Part shown: one piece after another, positions 1 to 8,240 of the stretch | Numbering within the stretch: the stretch's first letter is position 1 | Layout of the letters: every line of letters begins with the position of its first letter | Origin: Candidatus Bipolaricaulaceae bacterium | GTDB lineage: Bacteria > Bipolaricaulota > Bipolaricaulia > Bipolaricaulales > Bipolaricaulaceae | Length of the DNA: 23,988 bases | Reading direction: 5' to 3' | Assembly (NCBI GenBank): GCA_049975705.1 | Contig: JBNGCS010000019.1 | Coordinates: forward strand, 1 to 23,988 | Made by a program: the position numbers and the translations under genes | The notes under the pieces: generated by a model | The model's input: only the letters and a program-made list of their open reading frames with translations | What the model was told of the DNA's origin: nothing | The model's database searches: none

Positions 1-1449
1 TCAGAGCTGGCCACCGCGTTTGACTGGGCGCCCAGCGGCTGGCCCATGGCCTTCTCAGCGGAGCTGGGCGCCGACCGCACCCGGGAGGAGTCCCCCGCCC
101 CGGCGACCGATCACCGCACCCGGGAGCTGGCGGTGGGCCTGAGCGGGGGCCAGCCTCCGCTGAGCTTCTCCCTGTGGGGGGAATGGACCCTGGAGGAGGA
201 CTTGGCTGCCGACCGTGCCTTCTCCACCTTGGCCTGCCAACAGGAAATCTTCTTGGAGCTGACTGGGGCGGAGGCCAGCCTGACCTTCTCCCAGTCGGCC
301 ACCTACGATCAGGACATGGCGCTGGTCTCGCATTGGGCGGAGGCCCGGGCCACGGTGTGGAACACGTCCTCCCCCCATCAGGTGCGCCTGGAGTGGGGGC
401 AGGGGCGGGATGGTGGGGAGCTGGACGTGGGGCTGTCTCTGGTCCTGTCGCCGACCCTATCTCTGGAGCTGTCCGCCCGCGGGCGGTGGGACGGCGCCGG
501 GGGAGCCACCGAGCTGGAGTTGGGCGGTGGAGCGGCCTACGAGCTATCTTGGCCGGCCCCGTTCCTCCCGGCCCGCGGTTGGGTGGAGGGGGTGATATTC
601 CTGGACCGAGACGGGGACGGACAGGGCGGCGATGAGGAGGCGGGGGTGGCCGGGGCGGTGGTGGCGGCAAACGGCGTGCGGGCATCCAGTGACCAGGACG
701 GCCGCTTTCGCCTGCCCCCGTTGGCGCCGGGGCAGTACTCGCTGGATCTGGAGCGGTTGCCGCCGGGCTTGCAGGCCCAGGTGGACTTCCCCCTGGTCGT
801 GGAGGTGGAGGTGGGCCGGCGCACGCGGGTGGACATCCCCTGCCGGCAGCTGGCCGCGATTCGCGGGGTGGTGTTCGCCGATCAAGACCAGAGCGGCGCC
901 CGGGAGGCCGGCGAGCCGGGGCTGGCCGGCGTGAGCGTGGTCGCCGTCAGGGCCGGTCAGGAGATGGGCCGGGCGACCACTGGCGCCAGCGGACAGTTCA
1001 CCTTCCCAGAACTGGAGGCGGGGGAGTACACGGTCCAGCTGGTGGCCGACACCCTGCCTGAGCGCTACCGGCCCACCACCCCGGAGTGGGTGGAGGTGAG
1101 CCTCACCGGCGGAGACAGTGTCCAGGTGGCATTCGGCGCCTGGCGGCCGCCCCGGCCGGTGGTACTGACCTACCAGCCGCCCGTGGCCGAGTTCGAGTGG
1201 CGCCCGGTGCGCCCTGCGGCCGGGGAGCCGGTGGCCTTCGATGCCTCTGCATCTAGCGACCCGGACGGCAAGATCATCTCCTACGCGTGGGACTTCGACG
1301 GCGATGGAGAGCCGGAGGGCAGGGGCCAGCAGGTGGAGTGGACCTTCCCCGCCTCCGGGGTCCACTGGGTGACCCTCACGGTGACCGACGACGACGATTT
1401 CCAGGACGCCCGCAGACAGCCCGTGGAAGTCACGTCGGCGGATCAGTGA
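1..1449 (+). CDS. Secreted or cell-surface protein with CarboxypepD_reg / SdrD-B-like repeats and a C-terminal PKD domain. It is 5'-partial because the frame is open to the window start.
   Basis: Frame 1 is open from nt 1. Two repeats resemble GVIFLDRDGDGQ...GRFRLPPLAPGQYSL and GVVFADQDQSG...GQFTFPELEAGEYTV. The C-terminal AFDASASSDPDGKIISYAWDFDGDG...HWVTLTVTDDDD is a PKD-type motif. Confidence 0.6.
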   Translation, partial: SELATAFDWAPSGWPMAFSAELGADRTREESPAPATDHRTRELAVGLSGGQPPLSFSLWGEWTLEEDLAADRAFSTLACQQEIFLELTGAEASLTFSQSATYDQDMALVSHWAEARATVWNTSSPHQVRLEWGQGRDGGELDVGLSLVLSPTLSLELSARGRWDGAGGATELELGGGAAYELSWPAPFLPARGWVEGVIFLDRDGDGQGGDEEAGVAGAVVAANGVRASSDQDGRFRLPPLAPGQYSLDLERLPPGLQAQVDFPLVVEVEVGRRTRVDIPCRQLAAIRGVVFADQDQSGAREAGEPGLAGVSVVAVRAGQEMGRATTGASGQFTFPELEAGEYTVQLVADTLPERYRPTTPEWVEVSLTGGDSVQVAFGAWRPPRPVVLTYQPPVAEFEWRPVRPAAGEPVAFDASASSDPDGKIISYAWDFDGDGEPEGRGQQVEWTFPASGVHWVTLTVTDDDDFQDARRQPVEVTSADQ

Positions 1450-2022
1450 TCATCCCCGCTGGGGCGGGAAGTAGGTGGGGCGGGAGAACAGGTCGCGGGC
1501 GCGCCAGAAGTACTCCCCGCAGGAGATGACCGCCAACGCCACCGCCAGGTACAGAAAACCGTCCCTGAACACCTCCCCCAGGCTTCCCATGCCGAAGTAC
1601 CGGGTGGCCAGGATGAACAGTACCAGCCCGATGTGGGACAAAGTCTTGGCCTTGCCCAGGGTGGAGGCGGGGATGACCACCTGCTCGGCCACCGCCAGGA
1701 TGCGCAGCCCGGTGACCAGGAATTCGCGGGCCAGGATGACCACCACCGGGACGGCGGTGAGCTCGCCCAGCTGGACGAAGGAAACCAGTGCAGCGGCCAC
1801 CAGAATCTTGTCGGCGATTGGGTCGGCGAACTGGCCGAACGGGGTCACCTGTTTGAGGGACCGGGCCAGGTAACCGTCCACAGCGTCGGACGCGGCCGCC
1901 AGGGCGAAAATGGCCAGGGCCAGGATCTTGAACACGGTGCCCTCGGCGAACAAGAAGTACATGAACAGGGGGATGGCCAGGATGCGGGCCACGGTGATCT
2001 GGTTGGGAATCGTCCAGGTCAT
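1450..2022 (-). CDS. pgsA: CDP-diacylglycerol--glycerol-3-phosphate 3-phosphatidyltransferase
   Basis: The MTWTIPNQITVARILAIPLF...DPIADKILV motif belongs to the CDP-alcohol phosphatidyltransferase family. The ATG at 2022 is chosen. The 155-aa upstream extension in the ORF track is G/R/P-rich read-through of the tpiA 3' region. Confidence 0.85.
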   Translation of the reverse strand: MTWTIPNQITVARILAIPLFMYFLFAEGTVFKILALAIFALAAASDAVDGYLARSLKQVTPFGQFADPIADKILVAAALVSFVQLGELTAVPVVVILAREFLVTGLRILAVAEQVVIPASTLGKAKTLSHIGLVLFILATRYFGMGSLGEVFRDGFLYLAVALAVISCGEYFWRARDLFSRPTYFPPQRG

Positions 2023-2029
2023 GTGGGTC

Positions 2030-2058
2030 AAACTACCATCCGGCCGGGGGGTTGTCAA
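2030..2058 (-). promoter_or_regulatory. Putative pgsA promoter: TTGACA-N17-TAGTTT, with the -10 ending 7 nt before the ATG, which implies a leaderless transcript.
   Basis: Minus-strand TTGACA is the complement of 2053-2058 and TAGTTT is the complement of 2030-2035. There is no SD before ATG 2022. Confidence 0.4.
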
Positions 2059-2067
2059 TCCACTACC

Positions 2068-2095
2068 CGGTGCCGGCGGGCGGGGCCGGGCACCG
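2068..2095 (-). terminator. GC-rich hairpin (CGGTGCC...GGCACCG) 10 nt after the tpiA stop. It has no U-tract.
   Basis: The inverted repeat was read directly. It lies between the tpiA stop (2106) and the pgsA -35 element. Confidence 0.35.
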
Positions 2096-2105
2096 CCCGA
2101 GTCAG

Positions 2106-2861
2106 CTAGGGTAAGGCAGCCTGGACGATGGCCCAGAACTGATCGGGGTCCAAGGAGGCGCCCCCCACCAGTGCCCCGTCGATGTCCGGAAGGGAGAGAA
2201 AGCGGTGTGCGTTCTCGGGCTTGACCGAGCCGCCGTACTGGATGCGCACCTGCCGCCCGGGAGAAGCGAACCGCTCGGCCAGCCAGCCCCGGATGCGGGC
2301 TGCCATCTCCTGGGCGTCGTCCGGCTCGGCCGGAACCCCGGTGCCGATCGCCCACACCGGCTCGTAGGCGATTACCAGTCGCCGGGGCGGGGGTAGCTCC
2401 ACCTCCGCCAGGGCGATGTCCAGCTGGCGTCCCACCACCTGCCAGGCCCGGCCAGCGCGCCGCTCCTCCAGTGATTCGCCCACGCACACCACTGGGACCA
2501 GGTCTGCCTCCACGGCGGCCCGCACCTTGGCGGCCACCAACGCGTCGTCCTCGCCCAGGAGGCGGCGGCGCTCAGAGTGGCCGCAGATCAGGTAGCCGGC
2601 GCCCAGGTCCCGCACTTGGGCCACCGACACCTCTCCCGTGAACGCGCCGCGGGGCTCTGGGCGGGCGTGTTGAGCACCCCAGGCGACCCCGCTGCCCCGC
2701 AGCTGGCCTGCGACCGCCTCCAGGCAAGTGGCTGAGGGGAACACCACCAGCTCCACTGCCGAGCGGGTGCCCACCAGCTCGACCAGCCGCCGGCAGTATT
2801 CGCGGGCCTCACCAGTCGTCTTGTGCATCTTCCAATTCGCGGCCAGGATGGGCGTGCGCAT
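2106..2861 (-). CDS. tpiA: Triosephosphate isomerase
   Basis: ANWKMHK, ICGHSERR, AYEPVWAIGTG and YGGSVKPEN motifs are present. ATG 2861 is preceded by AAAGGAGGAGCC. Confidence 0.92.
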   Translation of the reverse strand: MRTPILAANWKMHKTTGEAREYCRRLVELVGTRSAVELVVFPSATCLEAVAGQLRGSGVAWGAQHARPEPRGAFTGEVSVAQVRDLGAGYLICGHSERRRLLGEDDALVAAKVRAAVEADLVPVVCVGESLEERRAGRAWQVVGRQLDIALAEVELPPPRRLVIAYEPVWAIGTGVPAEPDDAQEMAARIRGWLAERFASPGRQVRIQYGGSVKPENAHRFLSLPDIDGALVGGASLDPDQFWAIVQAALP

Positions 2862-2878
2862 GGCTCCTCCTTTCTGCA

Positions 2879-2908
2879 TTGACAAGGTCCATCGTAGGAA
2901 CCTATCAT
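2879..2908 (+). promoter_or_regulatory. Putative promoter of the stomatin gene: TTGACA-N18-TATCAT.
   Basis: It sits in the 69-bp region between the divergent tpiA and stomatin genes. AAGGAGG at 2918-2924 precedes ATG 2931. Confidence 0.4.
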
Positions 2909-2919
2909 GCCCGCTGCAA
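2891..2919 (-). promoter_or_regulatory. Putative tpiA promoter: TTGCAG-N17-TACGAT.
   Basis: Read on the minus strand. It is followed by a roughly 25-nt leader that contains the SD. Confidence 0.35.
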
Positions 2920-2930
2920 GGAGGTGCCGG

Positions 2931-3680
2931 ATGGGGATCACGGTGGGCATCATCGTGGGGCTGGTGGTGCTGTTTCTGGCCAGCGCCATCAAGATCGTGC
3001 GGGAGTACGAACGCGGGGTCATCTTCCGTCTGGGCCGCCTGGTGGGCGCGCGGGGACCGGGGTTGTTCCTCATCATCCCGCTGGTGGACAAGATGGTCAA
3101 GGTGGACCTGCGGACCATCACCATGGACGTACCCCCCCAGGAGGTCATCACCCGCGACAACGTCCCGGTCAACGTGAACGCGGTGGTGTACTTCCGGGTC
3201 ATGGACCCGGAAGCGTCAGTGGTGGAAGTGGTGGACCACATCGAGGCGACGCGCCAGATCTCCATGACCACCCTGCGGTCAGTGCTGGGGCGGGCGGAGC
3301 TGGATGACATCTTGGCCGAACGTGAGAAGCTCAACCAGCAGCTGCAGGAGATCATCGACGAGCACACCGACCCGTGGGGGATCAAGGTCATCACGGTGGA
3401 GATCAAGGATGTGAAGATCCCCACCGACATGCAGCGGGCCATCGCCCGCCAGGCGGAGGCCGAGCGGGAGCGGCGCAGCAAGGTGATCAACGCTGAGGGG
3501 GAGCTGCAGGCGGCGGAGAAGCTGCGCGAGGCGGCGGAGATCATGAACCGATCGCCGGCGTCCATCCAACTGAGGTACCTGCAGACGCTGGCCGAGATCG
3601 CCACCGAGAACGCCACCACGGTGGTGTTCCCGGTCCCCATGGACCTGCTGGCGGCGCTCCGGGGGCGTAGTCAGCAGTGA
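2931..3680 (+). CDS. SPFH / band-7 stomatin-like (slipin) membrane protein
   Basis: An N-terminal TM helix ([19 protein letters not shown]) is followed by an SPFH core ([13 protein letters not shown]...[17 protein letters not shown]...) and an A/E-rich coiled coil. AAGGAGG precedes the ATG at 2931. Confidence 0.88.
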   Translation: MGITVGIIVGLVVLFLASAIKIVREYERGVIFRLGRLVGARGPGLFLIIPLVDKMVKVDLRTITMDVPPQEVITRDNVPVNVNAVVYFRVMDPEASVVEVVDHIEATRQISMTTLRSVLGRAELDDILAEREKLNQQLQEIIDEHTDPWGIKVITVEIKDVKIPTDMQRAIARQAEAERERRSKVINAEGELQAAEKLREAAEIMNRSPASIQLRYLQTLAEIATENATTVVFPVPMDLLAALRGRSQQ

Positions 3681-4417
3681 GGATCTGCGCGCTGGCCAGC
3701 GGGTCGACCGGGAACGCACTGCTGGTGGAGGCGCCGCGGGGCTGGCTGCTGATCGACGCCGGGCTGCCCTGGCGGCAGTTGCGGGCCCGTGCCGCCCGGG
3801 CGGGGTTCCGCCTGACGAGGCTGTCCACGGTGGTCATCACCCACGAGCACGCTGACCACGTCCGCGGGCTGTCCCCGCTGGTTCGCCAGGGCGTGGAGGT
3901 GTGGGGAAGCGAGGGTACCCTGCGGGCGCTGGGGCTTCCTGGACGGGTGCTGGGTGAGGAACAGGAGCTTTTGGGGCTGAGGCTGCGCCCGTTCGCCGTG
4001 CCCCACGACGCCCTCCAGCCAGTGGGGCTGCGGCTGGAGCTGAACGGAACGCGGTTGGGGGTGGCCACCGACCTGGGTCAGGTCACCCCTACGGTGCTGG
4101 CTGGCCTGGCCGGCTGTTCCACGGTGGTGGTGGAGGCCAACCACGACCTAGCGCGATTGCTGAGTGGGACCTACCCCTGGCCCCTGAAGCGCCGGGTGAT
4201 GGGCCCGCGGGGGCACCTGGCCAATGAGGAAGCGGGCCAGGCCCTGGCGAGGATCGCTGCCGGCGGGCTGCGGAACGTGGTGCTGGCGCACCTGTCCCGG
4301 GAAAACAACTCCCCGGCGCTGGCCCTGGAGACAGTGTCCCGGGCCCTGGACGGGTGGGGGGGGCGGTTGTACCTGTCTTACCCTGATCGGCCTGGCGCGG
4401 TGGTCGCGGCTGCGTAG
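3677..4417 (+). CDS. MBL-fold metallo-hydrolase, YycJ/WalJ-like
   Basis: [40 protein letters not shown] and [14 protein letters not shown] motifs are present. The GTG start overlaps the stomatin stop (GTGA). Confidence 0.8.
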   Translation: MRICALASGSTGNALLVEAPRGWLLIDAGLPWRQLRARAARAGFRLTRLSTVVITHEHADHVRGLSPLVRQGVEVWGSEGTLRALGLPGRVLGEEQELLGLRLRPFAVPHDALQPVGLRLELNGTRLGVATDLGQVTPTVLAGLAGCSTVVVEANHDLARLLSGTYPWPLKRRVMGPRGHLANEEAGQALARIAAGGLRNVVLAHLSRENNSPALALETVSRALDGWGGRLYLSYPDRPGAVVAAA

Positions 4418-6060
4418 GGGGCGATCAGGCCCCGCTGGGCGAGTTCCTGCACGATGTACTTGACGGTGTGGCCGGCGGTGTAGCCGCCCCAGTAGGGGAC
4501 GTGCTTGACCTCGTCGTAGACGACGAGGATGAAGTACTCTGGCTGCTCCCAGGGGAAGAACACGGCCATGGCCCCGATGTAGTGGCCGGCCACGTACCCC
4601 TGCCCGGGGATGGCCTTCTCGCCGGTGCCGGATTTGCCGGCCATGGCGAATCCCGGCACGTCCGCCCACTTCCCAGTGGCCCCGGGCTGCCCCACTGCGG
4701 ACCGCAGGATGTGGCGCAGGGTGGCGCAGGCCTCCGCGGACGCCACCCGGGCCACCGGCTCCGGCGGGCCGGCCACCAGGTGCGGCTGCAGGAGCTGCCC
4801 CCCGTTGGCCAGGGCGCAGAAGGCGGCTGCCAGCTGGATGCCACTGGTGGACACGCCCTGGCCGAATGACGTGGTGGCCAGCACCAGCGGGTCCCACGCC
4901 TCCGGCGGGCGGAGAATCCCGGCTGCCTCCCCCGGCAGCTCAATTCCCGTGGGCTTCCCGAACCCCATGCGGCTGAGATAGGTGTGGGTCCGCTCCACGC
5001 CCAGCCGCTGGGCCACCTGGACCAGCACGGTGTTGACGGACAGGGCCATGGCCGCGGTGAAGGTGACCAGACCGTAGCTCTTGTGTTCGGCGTTGTGGAT
5101 GGGCACCCCGCCCACCACGATGGGGGAGTCCCCCGAGAAGGTGGTCTCGGGGTCGACCAGCCCTTGGTCCACCGCGGCCAGCCCGATCAGGGCCTTGAAC
5201 GTGGAGCCGGGCTCGAAGGCGTCGGTGACCGCCCAGGCATGCAGCAGCCCCGTGTCCGGGTCGGCGGGGTCGTAGCGGGGGGCCTGGGCGAGGGCGAGCA
5301 CCGCCCCGTTGCGGGGGTCCATGACCACCGCGAACCCGCGGTCGGCGCGGAACACGCTCACTCCCTGGCTCAGCTTGTCCTCACAGATCTGCTGGAACTG
5401 GGCGTCCAGGGCCAGGCGGAGGTCGGCCCCCGGGGCCCCGGGCCGTTCCACCTGCAGGTCATAGACCCGGCCGTCGCGCCCCCGCAGGAGGTGCAGCCGG
5501 CGGGGCTCGCCGCGCAGCAGATCATCGTAGGCCAGCTCCAGCCCCTCCAGCCCCTGTCCGTCCACGCCCACCGCCCCCAGCACCCCGGGGGCCAGCCGGC
5601 CGCGGGGATAGCCGCGCTTCCAGGTGTCGATGAACAGCAGGCCGCGCACCCCGAGCTCGTCCGCCCGGGCCTGCAGCCTCTCGCCCTGTTCCATGTCCAC
5701 CTGACGGGCGATCCAGGTGAAGTACGACTCCCGGTAGACCCGGTCTGCGGCCTCTGCTGCGGACAGGCCCAGTTCCTCCTGCAGCAGGGCCACCAGGACC
5801 TCTGGCTTGGTCATGTGGAGGTTGTCCAGGGCGATGGAGTAGGCGGGGATGTCACAGGCCAGCGGCCGCCCGGCTCGGTCGTAGATCGTGCCCCGTTTGG
5901 CCGGCAGCTCCAGGACGTCCTCCTGGATGGCCTGGGCGGCGGCGGCCCACCTGTCGTGCTCCAGGGCCTGCAGCTGGATCAGCCTCCCCACCACGGCCAA
6001 TGCGCCCACGCCCAGGAAGGCGAACGCCACTGCGGCCCGCCTAATGGCCTGCTGTTTCAT
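4378..6060 (-). CDS. ftsI: Class B penicillin-binding protein (peptidoglycan D,D-transpeptidase, FtsI-type)
   Basis: An N-terminal TM anchor is followed by the SxxK (PGSTFK), SxN (SVN) and KSG(T) motifs. It lies directly downstream of rsmH-ftsL. Start is chosen at MKQQAIRRAAVAFAF (ATG 6060). Confidence 0.85.
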   Translation of the reverse strand: MKQQAIRRAAVAFAFLGVGALAVVGRLIQLQALEHDRWAAAAQAIQEDVLELPAKRGTIYDRAGRPLACDIPAYSIALDNLHMTKPEVLVALLQEELGLSAAEAADRVYRESYFTWIARQVDMEQGERLQARADELGVRGLLFIDTWKRGYPRGRLAPGVLGAVGVDGQGLEGLELAYDDLLRGEPRRLHLLRGRDGRVYDLQVERPGAPGADLRLALDAQFQQICEDKLSQGVSVFRADRGFAVVMDPRNGAVLALAQAPRYDPADPDTGLLHAWAVTDAFEPGSTFKALIGLAAVDQGLVDPETTFSGDSPIVVGGVPIHNAEHKSYGLVTFTAAMALSVNTVLVQVAQRLGVERTHTYLSRMGFGKPTGIELPGEAAGILRPPEAWDPLVLATTSFGQGVSTSGIQLAAAFCALANGGQLLQPHLVAGPPEPVARVASAEACATLRHILRSAVGQPGATGKWADVPGFAMAGKSGTGEKAIPGQGYVAGHYIGAMAVFFPWEQPEYFILVVYDEVKHVPYWGGYTAGHTVKYIVQELAQRGLIAPYAAATTAPGRSG

Positions 6061-6394
6061 CTTCCAGGTCGAGGTAGCCGGTCCGGTCGGGGTCGAACGG
6101 CCGCATGCCCAGCTCCTGGGCCCGCTCGGCCACCGCCTGAGGGGAGTAGGCGCACTGAACCTGGAATTCCAGGTGCTGGCGCGTGCGCTCAAGCTCCTCC
6201 AGGGTGAGCAACACGCGTGCCCGCTCGGCTCGCAGGAAGGTCAGGTGGCAGCCCTGCCACAAGTAGAGGAACACCAATCCGGCGACCAGCGCCCCGCAGC
6301 CCACGGCCACCGCGACCCGCAACCAGGGGCCGGACGTGGCCCACGGGCGGGCCGCGGTCCTGGGGAGGGCGACGTCCCACTCAAACGGTCGCAT
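6041..6394 (-). CDS. ftsL: FtsL-like bitopic cell-division protein
   Basis: It is 117 aa, with one TM helix (LRVAVAVGCGALVAGLVFLYL) followed by a coiled coil. It lies between rsmH and ftsI and overlaps ftsI by 20 nt. Confidence 0.5.
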   Translation of the reverse strand: MRPFEWDVALPRTAARPWATSGPWLRVAVAVGCGALVAGLVFLYLWQGCHLTFLRAERARVLLTLEELERTRQHLEFQVQCAYSPQAVAERAQELGMRPFDPDRTGYLDLEDETAGH

Positions 6395-6401
6395 CTTCCC
6401 C

Positions 6402-7349
6402 TCAGGCTAGACCTGACCGCGGCCCGGCATGAGGACAGCTGGCCGAGCCGAAGGCGACTTCGGGCACCCGAGCCGCCCGCAGCTTGGCCGATCGCGCGCG
6501 GGGGTTGGCCGCCACCTCCTCCGGCCGGGGGGTGACCGGGCGTTTGGTCACCACGGTCACTCGCCCGTCCGCGGCCCACCCGCGGAACGTGTGTTTGACG
6601 ATCCGGTCCTCCAACGAGTGGTAACTTATGGCGCACACCACCCCCCCGGGGAGCAGGGCGGCCGCCGCCTGGGCCAGACCGGCCTCCAGAGCACCTAGCT
6701 CGTCGTTCACGGCAATGCGCAGGGCCTGGAACGTGCGGGTGGCTGGGTGGATGCGGTGCCGGCCCGGCGGGTAGCACCGGGCCACCAGGCGGGCCAGCTG
6801 GCCGGTGGTCTGCACCGGGGATTCGGCGCGGGCGCGGACAATGGCCGCGGCGATCCGCCGGGCATAGCGTTCCTCCCCCAACTCCCGCAGGATGCGGGCC
6901 AGCTGCCGTTCGGGGAGGCGGTTCACCAGCGTGCCGGCCGTCACCTCCCCGGCCGGGTCCATGCGCATGTCCAGGGGGCCGTCCTCACGGAACGAGAACC
7001 CCCTGGACTGATCGGCCAGCTGCAGCGAGGACATGCCCAGGTCGAACAGGACCCCGTGCACCCCGTGCACCCCCAGCTGTGACAGGGTGGCCTGTAGATC
7101 TCGGAAGTCGGCCTGGACGAGCTTGGCGCGTTCGCCGAAGCCAGCCAGCCGCTGCCGGGCGAGGTCCAGGGCGTGTGGGTCTCGGTCCACGCCGATTACG
7201 GTGCCCCCGGAGGACAGGAGTTCGCGGGCGTGCCCCCCGGTGCCCACCGTGGCGTCCACGTAGATCCGCCCCCGGCAAGGGCGGAGGTAGGCGACCACCT
7301 CCGCCACCATCACCGGCTCATGCAACGGCGTTGATCCAATCCCGGACAT
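6402..7349 (-). CDS. rsmH: 16S rRNA (cytosine1402-N4)-methyltransferase
   Basis: GGHARELL, DRDP.AL, GFSFREDGPLDMRM, HPATRTFQALRIAVNDEL and SYHSLEDRIVK motifs are present. ATG 7349 has GAGGAG 9 nt upstream. The 85-aa upstream extension in the ORF track is rejected. Confidence 0.9.
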   Translation of the reverse strand: MSGIGSTPLHEPVMVAEVVAYLRPCRGRIYVDATVGTGGHARELLSSGGTVIGVDRDPHALDLARQRLAGFGERAKLVQADFRDLQATLSQLGVHGVHGVLFDLGMSSLQLADQSRGFSFREDGPLDMRMDPAGEVTAGTLVNRLPERQLARILRELGEERYARRIAAAIVRARAESPVQTTGQLARLVARCYPPGRHRIHPATRTFQALRIAVNDELGALEAGLAQAAAALLPGGVVCAISYHSLEDRIVKHTFRGWAADGRVTVVTKRPVTPRPEEVAANPRARSAKLRAARVPEVAFGSASCPHAGPRSGLA

Positions 7350-8238
7350 CACGAATCGACTCCTCTGCCTCCTCGTGCAGCCGGTCCCGGGCGCGGGCCA
7401 ATCCCTGCCGCCAGCGGGGGGAGAGCACCCGCTCCCAGCCGGGTTCCCCCACGCAGGGAACCGGGCAGGGCAGCTCCCGCTCGACAAGTGCAACCAGCCC
7501 GGCCACCTTCGCCGTCCAGGGTACGGCAAGGAACGGGGTGCCGGCCACCAGGGCCAGCTCCAGGGCGTGGAGCCGACACCCCACCAGGAGAGGGGAGGAG
7601 GCAACCGCCGCCAGGGCGAGGGCAGGGGTGGGTGGGCGTAGCGGGGACAGCCCCCGCAGGGCGGGGAGGTCCTCCCCGGCCAGCGCCAGGCCGCGCAAGG
7701 GCGCGCCCAGGCGACGGGCGGCTGTCAGAGCCGCCCCGCGGGCGGCCTGCCGGGCTGAGCGCGGCAGGCTGGGGGCCAGGTTCACCAGGACCGGACCGCC
7801 GCCTCCCCGGCGGGGCGGGGGCCAGGCGAGCACCGGGTCCCGCCCGGGCCGGACGTCGGCCGCAAGGCGGCTGAGGGCGTAAAGGGAGGGCTGGTCCCGG
7901 GCCGAGATGTAATCGGCCCGGGCCAGCGCCCACCGCACCAGCCGGCGCGACAGGGGGTGTGTCATGTCGGCCCCCACCGCGGCCAGGCCCACCGGCCCCT
8001 GCGCGGCCGCGGCCGCCACGGCCAACGCGTAGAAGGCCAGCGACCGGCGGGAGGTACGGTCTTGGAACAGCCCCCCGACGAACAGCGTCGGGCCGCGGCC
8101 GCGAGGGAGGTGTGGGGGGGCGATTGGCGCACAGCGGACAGGGGCCAGCGCCTGCGTCCAAGTCAAGCGGAGGGCTTCATCGCCCAGGTTGCCGCGGGCG
8201 AAGTAGCCGTACAGGCGGACCGCCCGCCGGGGGCACAC
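7318..8238 (-). CDS. csaB: Polysaccharide pyruvyl transferase (CsaB family)
   Basis: RLYGYFARGNLGDEALRL, LFVGGLFQDRTS and GCRLHALELALVAGTPFLAV match PF04230-type motifs. It has a GTG start. Its 3' end overlaps the rsmH start by 32 nt. Confidence 0.72.
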   Translation of the reverse strand: MCPRRAVRLYGYFARGNLGDEALRLTWTQALAPVRCAPIAPPHLPRGRGPTLFVGGLFQDRTSRRSLAFYALAVAAAAAQGPVGLAAVGADMTHPLSRRLVRWALARADYISARDQPSLYALSRLAADVRPGRDPVLAWPPPRRGGGGPVLVNLAPSLPRSARQAARGAALTAARRLGAPLRGLALAGEDLPALRGLSPLRPPTPALALAAVASSPLLVGCRLHALELALVAGTPFLAVPWTAKVAGLVALVERELPCPVPCVGEPGWERVLSPRWRQGLARARDRLHEEAEESIRDVRDWINAVA

Positions 8239-8240
8239 GT

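Noticed and set aside
1450-2487. The N-terminal extensions offered by the ORF track. These are the 345-aa pgsA ORF, the 400-aa rsmH ORF, the 604-aa ftsI ORF, the 363-aa binding-protein ORF and the 315-aa MalG-like ORF.
   Set aside because: The extensions are R/G/P-rich, overlap neighbouring genes, and in each case an internal ATG has a GGAGG-type SD or a leaderless -10 box. The conserved protein N-termini (MTWTIPNQ, MSGIGSTPLHEP, MKQQAIRR, MRRFAVVAV, MRAGARRTGFAILL) begin there.
2588-3640. A 350-aa minus-strand ORF antisense to the stomatin gene. Similar long antisense or alternative-frame ORFs occur at 544-1365, 1633-2109, 4984-6207, 7079-7882, 9451-10857, 14908-15930, 15420-16047, 19107-20417 and 19360-21174.
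   Set aside because: Their translations are low-complexity and rich in S, T, R, G, P or H, with no recognisable domains, and each lies opposite or out of frame to a well-supported gene. They are expected open frames in 70% GC DNA.
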